Shown here piece by piece: positions 1 through 8,567 of a stretch of DNA of 64,000 bases; within the stretch, counting starts at the first letter, position 1; the number at the start of each line of letters is the position of its first letter. Source of the DNA: an uncultured virus (IMG/VR IMGVR_UViG_3300048576_000363) (taxonomy: Duplodnaviria > Heunggongvirae > Uroviricota > Caudoviricetes). The position numbers were made by a program, and so were the translations under genes. The notes under the pieces are model-generated. The model ran no database searches. It saw nothing but the letters and a program-made list of their open reading frames with translations, and had not been told where the DNA came from. The stretch covers positions 62,001 through 126,000 of IMG/VR virus record IMGVR_UViG_3300048576_000363; one strand, given 5' to 3'.

Positions 1-1692
1 GGATTGAATCCTTCAATTTTTATTCCTAGTGGTACAACAATAAGTGCTGCAACAAGTACAGACAGCTTACGTGCTGTGTATTGGTTGCCTAATGCTTCTA
101 CTGTTACTAATACGGGTGGTGCTGGATGTGCTATTGAAGATGAAGAATATACTGCGGGTACTGTATCTTCTACAGGAACTACAACAATAACAGGTTCTGG
201 GACTTCATGGAATTCAGTTGCTGGAAGAATAAACGCAGGGTCACGTATAGGTTTTGGCTCTACAAATCCTTTAAGTATTACAACATGGTACACAATTTCT
301 GCTGTTAACAGTACAACACAAATAACTTTAACCTCAGCACCTGCAACAATTCCTGCAGGAACTGCTTATTGCATTATAGACAACAGCATGCGAATTTCAT
401 ATGTTCTTGACACAGCAGGTAGAGTACACAAATATAATCTAAGATCTTCTTTAGGTACTATAACTTCAGGAAAAGCTTCTAATTACGCTGGCATTCAGTT
501 GTTAGCTACTGGTGTTCAAGCGTTGACAGGTACAATGCAAACTACTAATAATGGTAGATATGCAGTTTTACAAAGTGGTCCTGGAGCAAACATACCTTGT
601 TTATATTTTGTAACAACAACAAGAATATATAGATCTGTATTAACAGACATCACTTCTGGTTCGACTACATGGGCTTTTGATGCTATGGTAGAAGTTCCTG
701 CAGGTGGTGCAGCAACTTACCCAGTAACAGGCGCAATGTCGTCAGTAGAAGTTATTGACACTTTGAATAAACTTGTAATATCTACTACTCCAACAGTAGC
801 TGTAGGAAAAACTTATATTACTGGATACAAAACTGATGCTTCTCAATTTGACTACAATGTTTTTATTGACAATCATCAGCAAGATCAGTCAACAGCAGAT
901 AGTTCTGCAGCTATTATACCAAATCAAAACGGTCTAACATTTACAGCATGGTCTGAAAGTGGTGTTACGCACGTAATAAGACACCCAGCAGTAGGTACTG
1001 CTCCGACAGCTATTAATAATCAAATGTATGCTGTTCCAATAGGTGCTGATTGGGATTTTGCTGCAACAACTTTAAGCAGAATTATTACACCAAGAATAGC
1101 TACTCCTGAAGCTAACAATTTGAATACCGTTAGTGTCTTGTCTGCAAAATTTATTGGACAAAGTTCTTTGGGTATTCAACCTTTGCCTTATAGAGTATAT
1201 TGTCGTACTAGTGGAATAACAGACAATAGTGGTTCTTGGACTTTAATAGACGACTTAGGAAACATTTCAGGTGTAAGTGCTAGTACCCATGTACAGTTCA
1301 TGTTCGAATTTAAGACTATAAGTCAAGTTGTGCTCCCAGCAAGAATTTACGGTGTACATGTAAGTTACGATAATATAAGTCCTTTACCAAATTATCGAAG
1401 TGATGCAACAAGATCAAATGCAGCAAGTAAATTGTTTGCATTCAGATTTGTTACAGCTTTTGGAGAAACTGTCCCTGATCTTAGAATAAGAATCTATAAC
1501 GATATCACTGGTGGTTTATTAGTTGATGATAACACTGTAACATCTACAGGTACTTGGTCAAAATCTACTGATGGAGACAATTGGTCGACTTATAACACTA
1601 ATGATAAGACTAATGAAACAACTTACATTAGATATGCCCCTGCATCTATGGCATCAGGTGTAATAGCTCGTGCAGTAATAACAAGGATGTAA
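1..1692 (+). CDS. Phage tail/fibre-type structural protein, 5'-truncated by the window edge
   Basis: Open frame from the window start (the ATT start at 4 is probably an artefact). T/S/G-rich beta-type sequence with a YTAGTVS..TITGSGTSW segment typical of phage tail proteins. Confidence 0.55.
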   Translation, partial: GLNPSIFIPSGTTISAATSTDSLRAVYWLPNASTVTNTGGAGCAIEDEEYTAGTVSSTGTTTITGSGTSWNSVAGRINAGSRIGFGSTNPLSITTWYTISAVNSTTQITLTSAPATIPAGTAYCIIDNSMRISYVLDTAGRVHKYNLRSSLGTITSGKASNYAGIQLLATGVQALTGTMQTTNNGRYAVLQSGPGANIPCLYFVTTTRIYRSVLTDITSGSTTWAFDAMVEVPAGGAATYPVTGAMSSVEVIDTLNKLVISTTPTVAVGKTYITGYKTDASQFDYNVFIDNHQQDQSTADSSAAIIPNQNGLTFTAWSESGVTHVIRHPAVGTAPTAINNQMYAVPIGADWDFAATTLSRIITPRIATPEANNLNTVSVLSAKFIGQSSLGIQPLPYRVYCRTSGITDNSGSWTLIDDLGNISGVSASTHVQFMFEFKTISQVVLPARIYGVHVSYDNISPLPNYRSDATRSNAASKLFAFRFVTAFGETVPDLRIRIYNDITGGLLVDDNTVTSTGTWSKSTDGDNWSTYNTNDKTNETTYIRYAPASMASGVIARAVITRM

Positions 1693-1696
1693 TTGT

Positions 1697-1849
1697 ATGG
1701 ATGAACAAATAGCTGATAGTTTTATTATGTTGATTCCAGTTGAGTCTGGAGTTCCAAATACTATTGTTTCTTGTAATTTTGACATGGACATTGTTATTCC
1801 TAATGTTTTTTCTGGAGGCGGAGAAGTCTCTTCATTATTCTTTTTTTAA
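1697..1849 (+). CDS. Small hypothetical protein (50 aa), probably structural
   Basis: Read by hand: ATG 4 nt after the upstream stop, MDEQIADSF...GGGEVSSLFFF*. Below the ORF-track length cutoff. Confidence 0.55.
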   Translation: MDEQIADSFIMLIPVESGVPNTIVSCNFDMDIVIPNVFSGGGEVSSLFFF

Positions 1850-1874
1850 AGTTTTTTGCAAGTACTTATATTAT

Positions 1875-1912
1875 AAATCTTTTGCATAGTTACAAATTTA
1901 TGCAAAAGATTT
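1875..1912. terminator. 14-bp perfect inverted repeat, probable intrinsic terminator
   Basis: AAATCTTTTGCATA-10 nt loop-TATGCAAAAGATTT, running into T residues, between the structural genes and the GT cluster. Confidence 0.55.
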
Positions 1913-1938
1913 TTGTGCTATAGAATGATTAGGAAAAT

Positions 1939-2127
1939 ATGGAAATAAATATTTTAAAAGATAACGAAATTCTCATAATAGCTGAAACTGAATTTGAGAG
2001 AAGTTTTTGTACTCTTCTTGAAGGAAAAATTTTTGATACTACAGTTAAACGGGGTTTGTCTCCTGCTGATATTGTAGGGATTAAATTAACACCAAGACAA
2101 GAAAAGAAAGAAAAATGTCAAGCTTAA
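1939..2127 (+). CDS. Hypothetical protein
   Basis: AGGA SD before the ATG; overlaps the start of the next gene. Confidence 0.6.
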   Translation: MEINILKDNEILIIAETEFERSFCTLLEGKIFDTTVKRGLSPADIVGIKLTPRQEKKEKCQA

Positions 2128-3665
2128 GTTTTGCATTAATAGTAAAAAACGAAGAAGCAAGTCTACAAAAATGTTTAGACTCTATCAAATCTATTGCTGA
2201 CGAAATAATTATTGTTGACACTGGGTCAACTGATAGAACAAAAGAAATTGCATTACAATATACTAATAAAGTTTATGATTTCATTTGGATAGATGATTTT
2301 GCAGCAGCAAGAAATTTTGCTTTTAGTCTTTGTGAAAAAGAGTGGATTTTCTGGCTTGATGCTGATGATGAAATTCTACCTAAAGACAAAGAAAAAATAA
2401 AAAACTTAGATTTTTCTCCTGACAAAGAAGTATTTATTTGCAAATATCATTATTCACATGATCAGTTTGGTGTACCCGAATGCACTCTTGAACGTGAAAG
2501 AATTATTAAACGCTCTCTTAATTTAAAATGGGAAAAAGCAATTCACGAGTATATTGCTATTAATGGAAGAAACATAACAAGAACAGACATTGAAATCCAT
2601 CATTGGAAAAAACACGGAACATCAGAAAGAAACATACGAATTCTAGAGAAAATCGTAGAAAAAGACCAAGATCCAAGAAATCTATTTTATCTTGGAAAAG
2701 AGTATCTTGATTTTGGGAAAACAGAAGATGCAATCAAATATCTTGAAAGATTTGTTGTTTCAAATGGTTGGTGGGAAGATATATTTACAGCATACCAATT
2801 ACTTGCAAAAGCATATCTTTTCTTAAAAAACGAAAACAAATTTTTCGAAAACATCTTTCTATCTATCAAAATAGAGCCTCGTCGTGCAGAACCTTTTTAT
2901 GATATTGGAGATTTTTATTGTTCAAAAAGTGATTGGGCAAGAGCAATACATTATTATGAAATTTGTTTAAATACAAAACGTTCATCTGAGTTGATGTCAA
3001 CATTCTATCCTCAATATTATACATGGTTGCCAGCTCTTTCATTATGTAATTGCTATAACAATATTGGTGACATTCAAAAAGCTTATGAATACAATGAGTT
3101 GTTTCTAAAATTTAGACCAAATGATTCAAGAGGCATACACAATAGAGCTATTTTAAAAAATAGTCCACTAAGACTAATTAGAAAAGATGGACAAGGTAAA
3201 AAATTGAATCTTGGTTGTGGTAATAAACGGATGGAAGGATTTGTCAATTGTGACATTGTAGATATAAAAGAAGTCGATGAAATATTCAATTTTTATGAAA
3301 TACCCTATCAAGATAACACAATTTCTGAAATCTCTAGTGAACATGCGCTTGAACATGTTCCAAAAGAGAAAGCTAAACAAGCAATAAAAGAATGGTTTAG
3401 AGTTCTCAAACCAGGTGGAGTTCTTAATCTTTATATTCCAGATTTAGAACTATGTGCTCTTGGTTATGTGAATGGTGATAACAAAAGAACAGTAAATGGA
3501 TATCCTGAAAAAGAGTGGTATAAAATGACTTTGTTTGGTGCTCAAACAGCAGAAAATGGTAGTGATGCTGAACACCAGTTTCATTTGACAGGATTTTCTA
3601 AAAACGAAATCAGAGAGATACTTGAAGATGCAGGTTTTATTATAGATTACTTAAATAATTACTAG
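2115..3665 (+). CDS. GT2 glycosyltransferase + TPR repeats + class I SAM methyltransferase lacking its last beta-strand (fragment 1 of a split gene)
   Basis: LIVKNEE..IIVDTGSTD..DDFAAARN..WLDADD (GT2); helical TPR-like repeats; LNLGCG..HALEH..RVLKPGG..IPDL (Methyltransf_11-like). Stops at AGFIIDYLNNY. Confidence 0.85.
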   Translation: MSSLSFALIVKNEEASLQKCLDSIKSIADEIIIVDTGSTDRTKEIALQYTNKVYDFIWIDDFAAARNFAFSLCEKEWIFWLDADDEILPKDKEKIKNLDFSPDKEVFICKYHYSHDQFGVPECTLERERIIKRSLNLKWEKAIHEYIAINGRNITRTDIEIHHWKKHGTSERNIRILEKIVEKDQDPRNLFYLGKEYLDFGKTEDAIKYLERFVVSNGWWEDIFTAYQLLAKAYLFLKNENKFFENIFLSIKIEPRRAEPFYDIGDFYCSKSDWARAIHYYEICLNTKRSSELMSTFYPQYYTWLPALSLCNCYNNIGDIQKAYEYNELFLKFRPNDSRGIHNRAILKNSPLRLIRKDGQGKKLNLGCGNKRMEGFVNCDIVDIKEVDEIFNFYEIPYQDNTISEISSEHALEHVPKEKAKQAIKEWFRVLKPGGVLNLYIPDLELCALGYVNGDNKRTVNGYPEKEWYKMTLFGAQTAENGSDAEHQFHLTGFSKNEIREILEDAGFIIDYLNNY

Positions 3666-3675
3666 GAGGTATTCT

Positions 3676-3996
3676 ATTAATTTTTTTTTGTTTTTATGTA
3701 TTGTCACATTAACACATAACAAAGACAGTGTGTTAATTAAAACTCCTGTGTTCATTCAACAGCAAAGCAGCATAGAAAAAAACGATTGGTGTGTTTTTTC
3801 AGCATCAAAAGACTCTTCTTTTTTAAAAGTATCTTATCAAGAAAAATATGGTTTTGAAAAAACTATATTTTGTAAAGTTATTTTTGAAAATACAAAAACT
3901 GGTGAATATAAATGTATATCGCCAGAACTTGGTTGTTTAATTCTTCAAAAGTCAAACTTAAACTCTTTCAAAGTGACAGAAGTGAAAAATGAATAG
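3676..3996 (+). CDS. Hypothetical protein inserted between GT fragments 1 and 2; hydrophobic N-terminus
   Basis: The ORF track starts at TTG 3688. A perfect AGGAGGT SD (3664-3670) overlapping the upstream TAG favours the in-frame ATT at 3676 (MNFFLFLCIVTL...). Confidence 0.5.
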   Translation: MNFFLFLCIVTLTHNKDSVLIKTPVFIQQQSSIEKNDWCVFSASKDSSFLKVSYQEKYGFEKTIFCKVIFENTKTGEYKCISPELGCLILQKSNLNSFKVTEVKNE

Positions 3997-4426
3997 TTAT
4001 GGTACACCTTCAATAGAAATACGTGCATTCAAACCAGTCTCTGTAATTAAAATAGGTTGGATAGCACCTGAAAATTGGCTTGCTGCTCAAACACGTATAA
4101 GAGTTTTACGTGTCAACAAATGTCTTAGAAGTGTGGGATATCAATCTTTTATTGTTCAAGATGCACAAGAAATAATTGATAAAAATTATGATATTGCAAT
4201 AATTGGAAAAAGCTTTGATGAAAGCAGTTATAATAGTATCAAGTTACTTAAGCAACATAATAAAAAAGTAATATGTGATATATGCGAAGACGTTATTGGT
4301 TGGCCTTGGGTAAATGAAATTTTAAGAGATTCTGATAAGATTGTTTGCTGTTCATATAGACTTGAAGAAAAAGCCAAAACAGTAAACATGAACACTATAG
4401 TTATAGAAGATGCATTCGAAATATGA
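3989..4426 (+). CDS. Fragment 2: final methyltransferase strand + N-terminal Rossmann lobe of a GT-B glycosyltransferase
   Basis: Begins YGTPSIEIRAFKP (MTase beta7-like), then KIGWI..TRIRV..DIAII..VICDICED..IVCCS..VIEDAFE. Confidence 0.7.
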   Translation: MNSYGTPSIEIRAFKPVSVIKIGWIAPENWLAAQTRIRVLRVNKCLRSVGYQSFIVQDAQEIIDKNYDIAIIGKSFDESSYNSIKLLKQHNKKVICDICEDVIGWPWVNEILRDSDKIVCCSYRLEEKAKTVNMNTIVIEDAFEI

Positions 4427-4773
4427 GCGTTCCCATTAAATCATTAATCATAGATGCTTTTGCAAAAATTGAACGACAAGATCAAAGAGTAGTAAGAATA
4501 AGAGCAAATTATAGATCTGCGTATGCTATTAAACAGAGTTTCAACAGTGAATTTGACGAGATAACAAACGAACACTTACAACGTTTAGTTCCTAGTTGGT
4601 TTGGTTCTCTTTTTGGTGCACATATCTATATTGACAATGAGTTAGAACAAGTCGTTTTCGAAGGCGATCACGGCGCTACAACAAAACTTACATTTGAAAC
4701 AACAAAAAAAGAACCTGTCATTAAACTACAAGATACAAAAAGAAAATTCAAATTTATATTGGAGGAAAGATGA
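4423..4773 (+). CDS. Hypothetical protein (inserted between GT fragments 2 and 3)
   Basis: ATGA-coupled to both neighbours; no recognisable GT motifs. Confidence 0.65.
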   Translation: MSVPIKSLIIDAFAKIERQDQRVVRIRANYRSAYAIKQSFNSEFDEITNEHLQRLVPSWFGSLFGAHIYIDNELEQVVFEGDHGATTKLTFETTKKEPVIKLQDTKRKFKFILEER

Positions 4774-5483
4774 TGAATAACAAAGATACTTTTGTAGAAA
4801 AACTTGACGAATGCGGCGAAATCAAATATGAAATGTCTGAAGTTCATAGTAGAATTCTTGGTAAACTCAAAGCTGTCTATGGTCTTGTTTTTAAACGCGA
4901 AAAACGTGATTTTCTTTCTCTTAAAAACATGCAATATTTTAAAGGTGGTGTTGCTTCTCCAGATGCACGTCCAAGACTTCACGAAACTCTCGACACATTT
5001 ATCAATTTAGCTAATCATTATGAATTTCTTGGTGATGATGAATTAAAGTCTTACCTTGAAGCTCATGGCATTTCAATCACTATTACTACTCCTAATCTTG
5101 AAGATGGTCCTGTTGTTGTCGCAAAAGAAGATAACAAAGAGCTTGAAAGATCATGGCAATTCGCAATGTCTGGCGAAACAATGCCTGGAACAAAAAAAGA
5201 AGTACTAAACGCTATTCTTGATAGATCAATTGAAACACAAAAAGCAATTGAAGATAAAAAAGAAGAAATAGAGAAAAAAGCTGAAGATGTTAGTCTTGAA
5301 TGTCAAGTTAAAAAGCCTTTCTTTTTGAAAGCTGTAGCAATAAAAGTTCAAGAACTTAAGAAAAAATCTGTCGATAATGAACTTAAAAAAATAGAAGATG
5401 ATATTGAAGCATCAAATGATATCATTGGTATTTTTGACGCACTAAAAACAGTAGAAGCGCAAGAACAGGAAGAAAAAGCATAA
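4770..5483 (+). CDS. Hypothetical coiled-coil protein; C-terminal part resembles T4 DsbA/GapR-like dsDNA-binding proteins
   Basis: GGAGG SD. The helical pattern RSIETQKAIEDKKEEI..VKKPFFLKAVAIK is only a by-eye resemblance. Confidence 0.45.
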   Translation: MMNNKDTFVEKLDECGEIKYEMSEVHSRILGKLKAVYGLVFKREKRDFLSLKNMQYFKGGVASPDARPRLHETLDTFINLANHYEFLGDDELKSYLEAHGISITITTPNLEDGPVVVAKEDNKELERSWQFAMSGETMPGTKKEVLNAILDRSIETQKAIEDKKEEIEKKAEDVSLECQVKKPFFLKAVAIKVQELKKKSVDNELKKIEDDIEASNDIIGIFDALKTVEAQEQEEKA

Positions 5484-5485
5484 AA

Positions 5486-6760
5486 ATGAAATCTATCTAT
5501 TTTTTTGGATATGGAGGTTCTAGCGTCTTGTTAGAACCTTTAAGACCTATTATTGAAAAACTGGGTATGAAGCTCATTACTATCCATGAATGGGAAGATG
5601 CTGACATAAAATGGGAACTTTCAACATGGCTTGAGCATCTTAAAAAAGCTGATATTATAATTATACCTGCAAATTATGAAATACAGCCTTGTAAAAGCAA
5701 TACACGTTTGACACAAGCTCTTTCTTTAGGGAAACCCGTAATATGTTCTCCTCTTGATGCTTATTGGAAAGTAAATGAAAAATTTCCCGGGTGTTGCATT
5801 TTTGCGTCAAATCTTTCTGAATGGGAATTTCATCTTACAAGTTTAAGAGACGACGACAATTTATGTAAAATCATATCTGAAAGAGCTTTAAAAGCTGCCC
5901 AAAGTTATTCAATTGAAGAAATAACGAAAAAATGGATTAATGTTATTAATTATACTGATTCTTTAGATATTGTCATTCCTTCATATAACAATGTTGAATA
6001 TTTGAAGTTATGTATACAATCTATAAGAAAAAATACAAAATCATATAACATCATTATAAGTGATGCAGGTAGCAATGCTTCAACTTGGGAGTTTTATAGA
6101 ATTCTCAAAAATGTCACTATACTTGGTGAACAAGACAAAAGATTAAATTTTTCACAAACATGTAATGCTGGTATCAAGCACTCTACTTCAGAATATTTTG
6201 TTCTTTTAAATTCCGACACTATTGTTTCTAAAAATTGGGACGAAAATCTTCTCAAAAAAATGAAGGCTGATCAAAATCTAGCAGCTTGTGGTGTGCTTTC
6301 AAATTGTGATCGTTATTGGTTGCATGATGCTCCTGGTAAGCCTACTTATCCAATGAGTATTCCTGGTTTAGACCTTGTGCCAGGAATGAAAGCGTGTCAG
6401 TTAGAAGACAGACTAGAAAACTTATATAGTTTTATGGACAAATCAAATCAATCACACGCTGGGACTCTCGTTGAACAGGAATGGGTAGCGTACTATGCAA
6501 CCATGTTTAATAAAAAAATCTTTAACGAAGTTGGTTTGTTAGACCCAGGTTTTAAGAACGGGTGTGAAGATTTAGATCATTGTATTAGAATTAAAAAGAT
6601 GAAATATAAAATAGCGCAAGCTGTTGATAGTTTTGTTTTCCATTTTGGCGGAATTACTCGTGGAAGTTATGAAATTGAAGGTAGAGAACATTATCATCAA
6701 GAAGATAGAGAAAATCATGCTTACTTAAAACAAAAGTGGGGTGATTATCAAAAAGTGTAG
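5486..6760 (+). CDS. Fragment 3: C-terminal lobe of the GT-B glycosyltransferase + a GT2 domain
   Basis: IYFFGYGG..ADIIIIP..KSNTRLTQALSLGKPVICSP (GT-B C-lobe); DIVIPSYN..LLNSD..GCEDLD..VFHFGG (GT2). Confidence 0.85.
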   Translation: MKSIYFFGYGGSSVLLEPLRPIIEKLGMKLITIHEWEDADIKWELSTWLEHLKKADIIIIPANYEIQPCKSNTRLTQALSLGKPVICSPLDAYWKVNEKFPGCCIFASNLSEWEFHLTSLRDDDNLCKIISERALKAAQSYSIEEITKKWINVINYTDSLDIVIPSYNNVEYLKLCIQSIRKNTKSYNIIISDAGSNASTWEFYRILKNVTILGEQDKRLNFSQTCNAGIKHSTSEYFVLLNSDTIVSKNWDENLLKKMKADQNLAACGVLSNCDRYWLHDAPGKPTYPMSIPGLDLVPGMKACQLEDRLENLYSFMDKSNQSHAGTLVEQEWVAYYATMFNKKIFNEVGLLDPGFKNGCEDLDHCIRIKKMKYKIAQAVDSFVFHFGGITRGSYEIEGREHYHQEDRENHAYLKQKWGDYQKV

Positions 6761-7475
6761 TGTAGATAAACATGGACCAATCATAGAAGAATATTCTGTT
6801 CAAGCTAAGATTCATCCTGACATTTCAGGTACACACTGTTGGATTTTGTCAGCTAAAAGCTATTGCAGTTTTTCAAAATATAAAAAGATTTTTTGGGAAA
6901 AAGCAAAAGGAATTAGACCCAAAAATTTATTTCTTTGTCATAAATGCGATAACATAAACGGGTTTTGCGTAAATCCTGATCATCTTTTTTTGGGCACAGC
7001 AAAAGACAATTCACAAGATGCATCAAAAAAGAAAAGAATGCACGGTTCATATTCTGAAGATGTAAAAGATAAAAAAAGGGGCAAAAAACTTTCTGAAGAA
7101 ACTAAACAAAAAATTTCAAAAAAAGTGAACAAATTTTATAATGAAAATATTGATGCAAAAATAAATACTTCAAGAGCAACACAATTATCAATGTATGACG
7201 ACTTTGGCAATGTAAAAAGAAAATATAAAAATAGTTTAGGAATACAAAATATTTGTTTAAAAAACAACAAATATCAAGTTAGTGCAACAAAAAACTTAAA
7301 TAACGAAAACGAATCGACAAGTTTGTTAAACACATTAAAATGTTTTGATAATGATTTGAAATTTAAACCACCTAAAAAAATATTTCAAGTATCTGTATAT
7401 AAAAATTTTTTTAATTTAAACGAAGCAATTACTTACAAAGAAACTTTATTACCAATTATTCACAAAACATTATGA
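6741..7475 (+). CDS. Free-standing HNH homing endonuclease with NUMOD3 and AP2-like C-terminus
   Basis: HCW..LCHKCDN..CVNPDHLFLGTAKDNSQD (HNH_3 type); GKKLSEETKQKIS (NUMOD3). Confidence 0.85.
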   Translation: MIIKKCSVDKHGPIIEEYSVQAKIHPDISGTHCWILSAKSYCSFSKYKKIFWEKAKGIRPKNLFLCHKCDNINGFCVNPDHLFLGTAKDNSQDASKKKRMHGSYSEDVKDKKRGKKLSEETKQKISKKVNKFYNENIDAKINTSRATQLSMYDDFGNVKRKYKNSLGIQNICLKNNKYQVSATKNLNNENESTSLLNTLKCFDNDLKFKPPKKIFQVSVYKNFFNLNEAITYKETLLPIIHKTL

Positions 7476-8545
7476 AAAAATCTATTTGTTTTTTTTCAGG
7501 ACCCTCTTTTGAAAAATGGAACTATAATTCTTGTGAAACATCAGGAATTGGAGGTTCAGAAACTTGGGCTATAAAATTGTCTGAAGAACTTGCTACATTA
7601 GGTTACAGAGTTTTGAATTTCGCAGACTGTTCAATTGAAGGTAAATTCAATGGTGTCGAATGGTTTCATTTTTCTAAACTCACTGAATTTATAGAGTACA
7701 ACTGGTTTGACTATTTTATTTCATCAAGAACAACAGATGTTTTTCGTTTGAATATTAGAGCAGGTAAAAAATTCACAATCATTCATGATATTTGGTTGTC
7801 ATCAGAAAATACAATTCCTTATCAAGAAAAAGTCGATAAATTTCTTGTTCTTTCTGAATGGCATAAACAGTTTGTAAGTCAACATCATGGATTGTCTTTA
7901 GATCGTTTAATTATGACAACTAACGGTATTGATCTAAAAAGATACGAAAAGTCAGTCGAAAGAAATCCTTATAGATTACATTGGAGTTCAAGTCTAGATA
8001 GAGGTCTTGACACTCTTCTCTATTTATTTGACTTTATTAAGCAAAGTGTCCCAAAATTAGAATTACATATTTTTTATGGAATAGATAATTGGTTAAAAGT
8101 TGCTAAATATAAACATGGTGAATCTGAGAAAATAAGAAAACTCCAAGAAGCTATGAAAAAACCTGGTGTTTTTTATCATGGAAGAGTTGGCCAAGAACAA
8201 CTTGCCGAAGAACAACTTAAAGCTTCATTATGGGCATATCCAACTGATTTTGAAGAGACAAATTGTATTACTGCAATAGAATGTCAAGCTGCAGGTTTAC
8301 CAGTTATTGCTTCAAATTACGCAGGATTACAAACAACAGTTAATAGTTCTGGTATTTTATTAGGGCAAGGCAGAAAAGGTGAATCATCACTTTTAGATTA
8401 TAGACTCGAATTTGTTTCTAAATGCATAGAGTTATTAACAAATAAAGCTCTATGGCAAGAATGGTCGCAAAAAAGCCTCGAAAATGCTAGAAAATTTGAG
8501 TGGAGCAAAATTGCTAAACAGTGGTCAGAACAAATTTTGTGTTAA
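7472..8545 (+). CDS. GT4-like (GT-B) glycosyltransferase (possible fragment 4)
   Basis: GIGGSET..SSSLDRGL..YPTDFEETNCITAIECQAAGLPVI, with the E-x7-E motif. Confidence 0.85.
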   Translation: MKKSICFFSGPSFEKWNYNSCETSGIGGSETWAIKLSEELATLGYRVLNFADCSIEGKFNGVEWFHFSKLTEFIEYNWFDYFISSRTTDVFRLNIRAGKKFTIIHDIWLSSENTIPYQEKVDKFLVLSEWHKQFVSQHHGLSLDRLIMTTNGIDLKRYEKSVERNPYRLHWSSSLDRGLDTLLYLFDFIKQSVPKLELHIFYGIDNWLKVAKYKHGESEKIRKLQEAMKKPGVFYHGRVGQEQLAEEQLKASLWAYPTDFEETNCITAIECQAAGLPVIASNYAGLQTTVNSSGILLGQGRKGESSLLDYRLEFVSKCIELLTNKALWQEWSQKSLENARKFEWSKIAKQWSEQILC

Positions 8546-8567
8546 ATTTATTCTGACCACTTAATTT

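Noticed and set aside
3671..3686. Copy of the late motif on the + strand inside the first GT insert
   Set aside because: Only 11/16 matches, mostly from a T run; not distinguishable from background.
3663..6760. TAG recoding (alternative genetic code) to explain the GT fragments ending in TAG
   Set aside because: Read-through meets TAA within a few codons at both sites (TAG GAG GTA TTC TAT TAA; TAG TGT AGA TAA), and all core genes are intact in code 11.
3666..7471. Group I/II introns at the three GT junctions
   Set aside because: The inserts are almost entirely filled by ORFs overlapping or abutting the fragments, leaving no room for a ribozyme core, and no P7 or domain V-like sequence was seen. 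Only RNA data would exclude this fully.
6744..7479. Imperfect direct repeat ATTAT(C/G)AAAAA flanking the HNH gene as an excision site
   Set aside because: Deletion between the copies removes 725 nt and would not rejoin the GT frames. The sequence is low-complexity and AT-rich.
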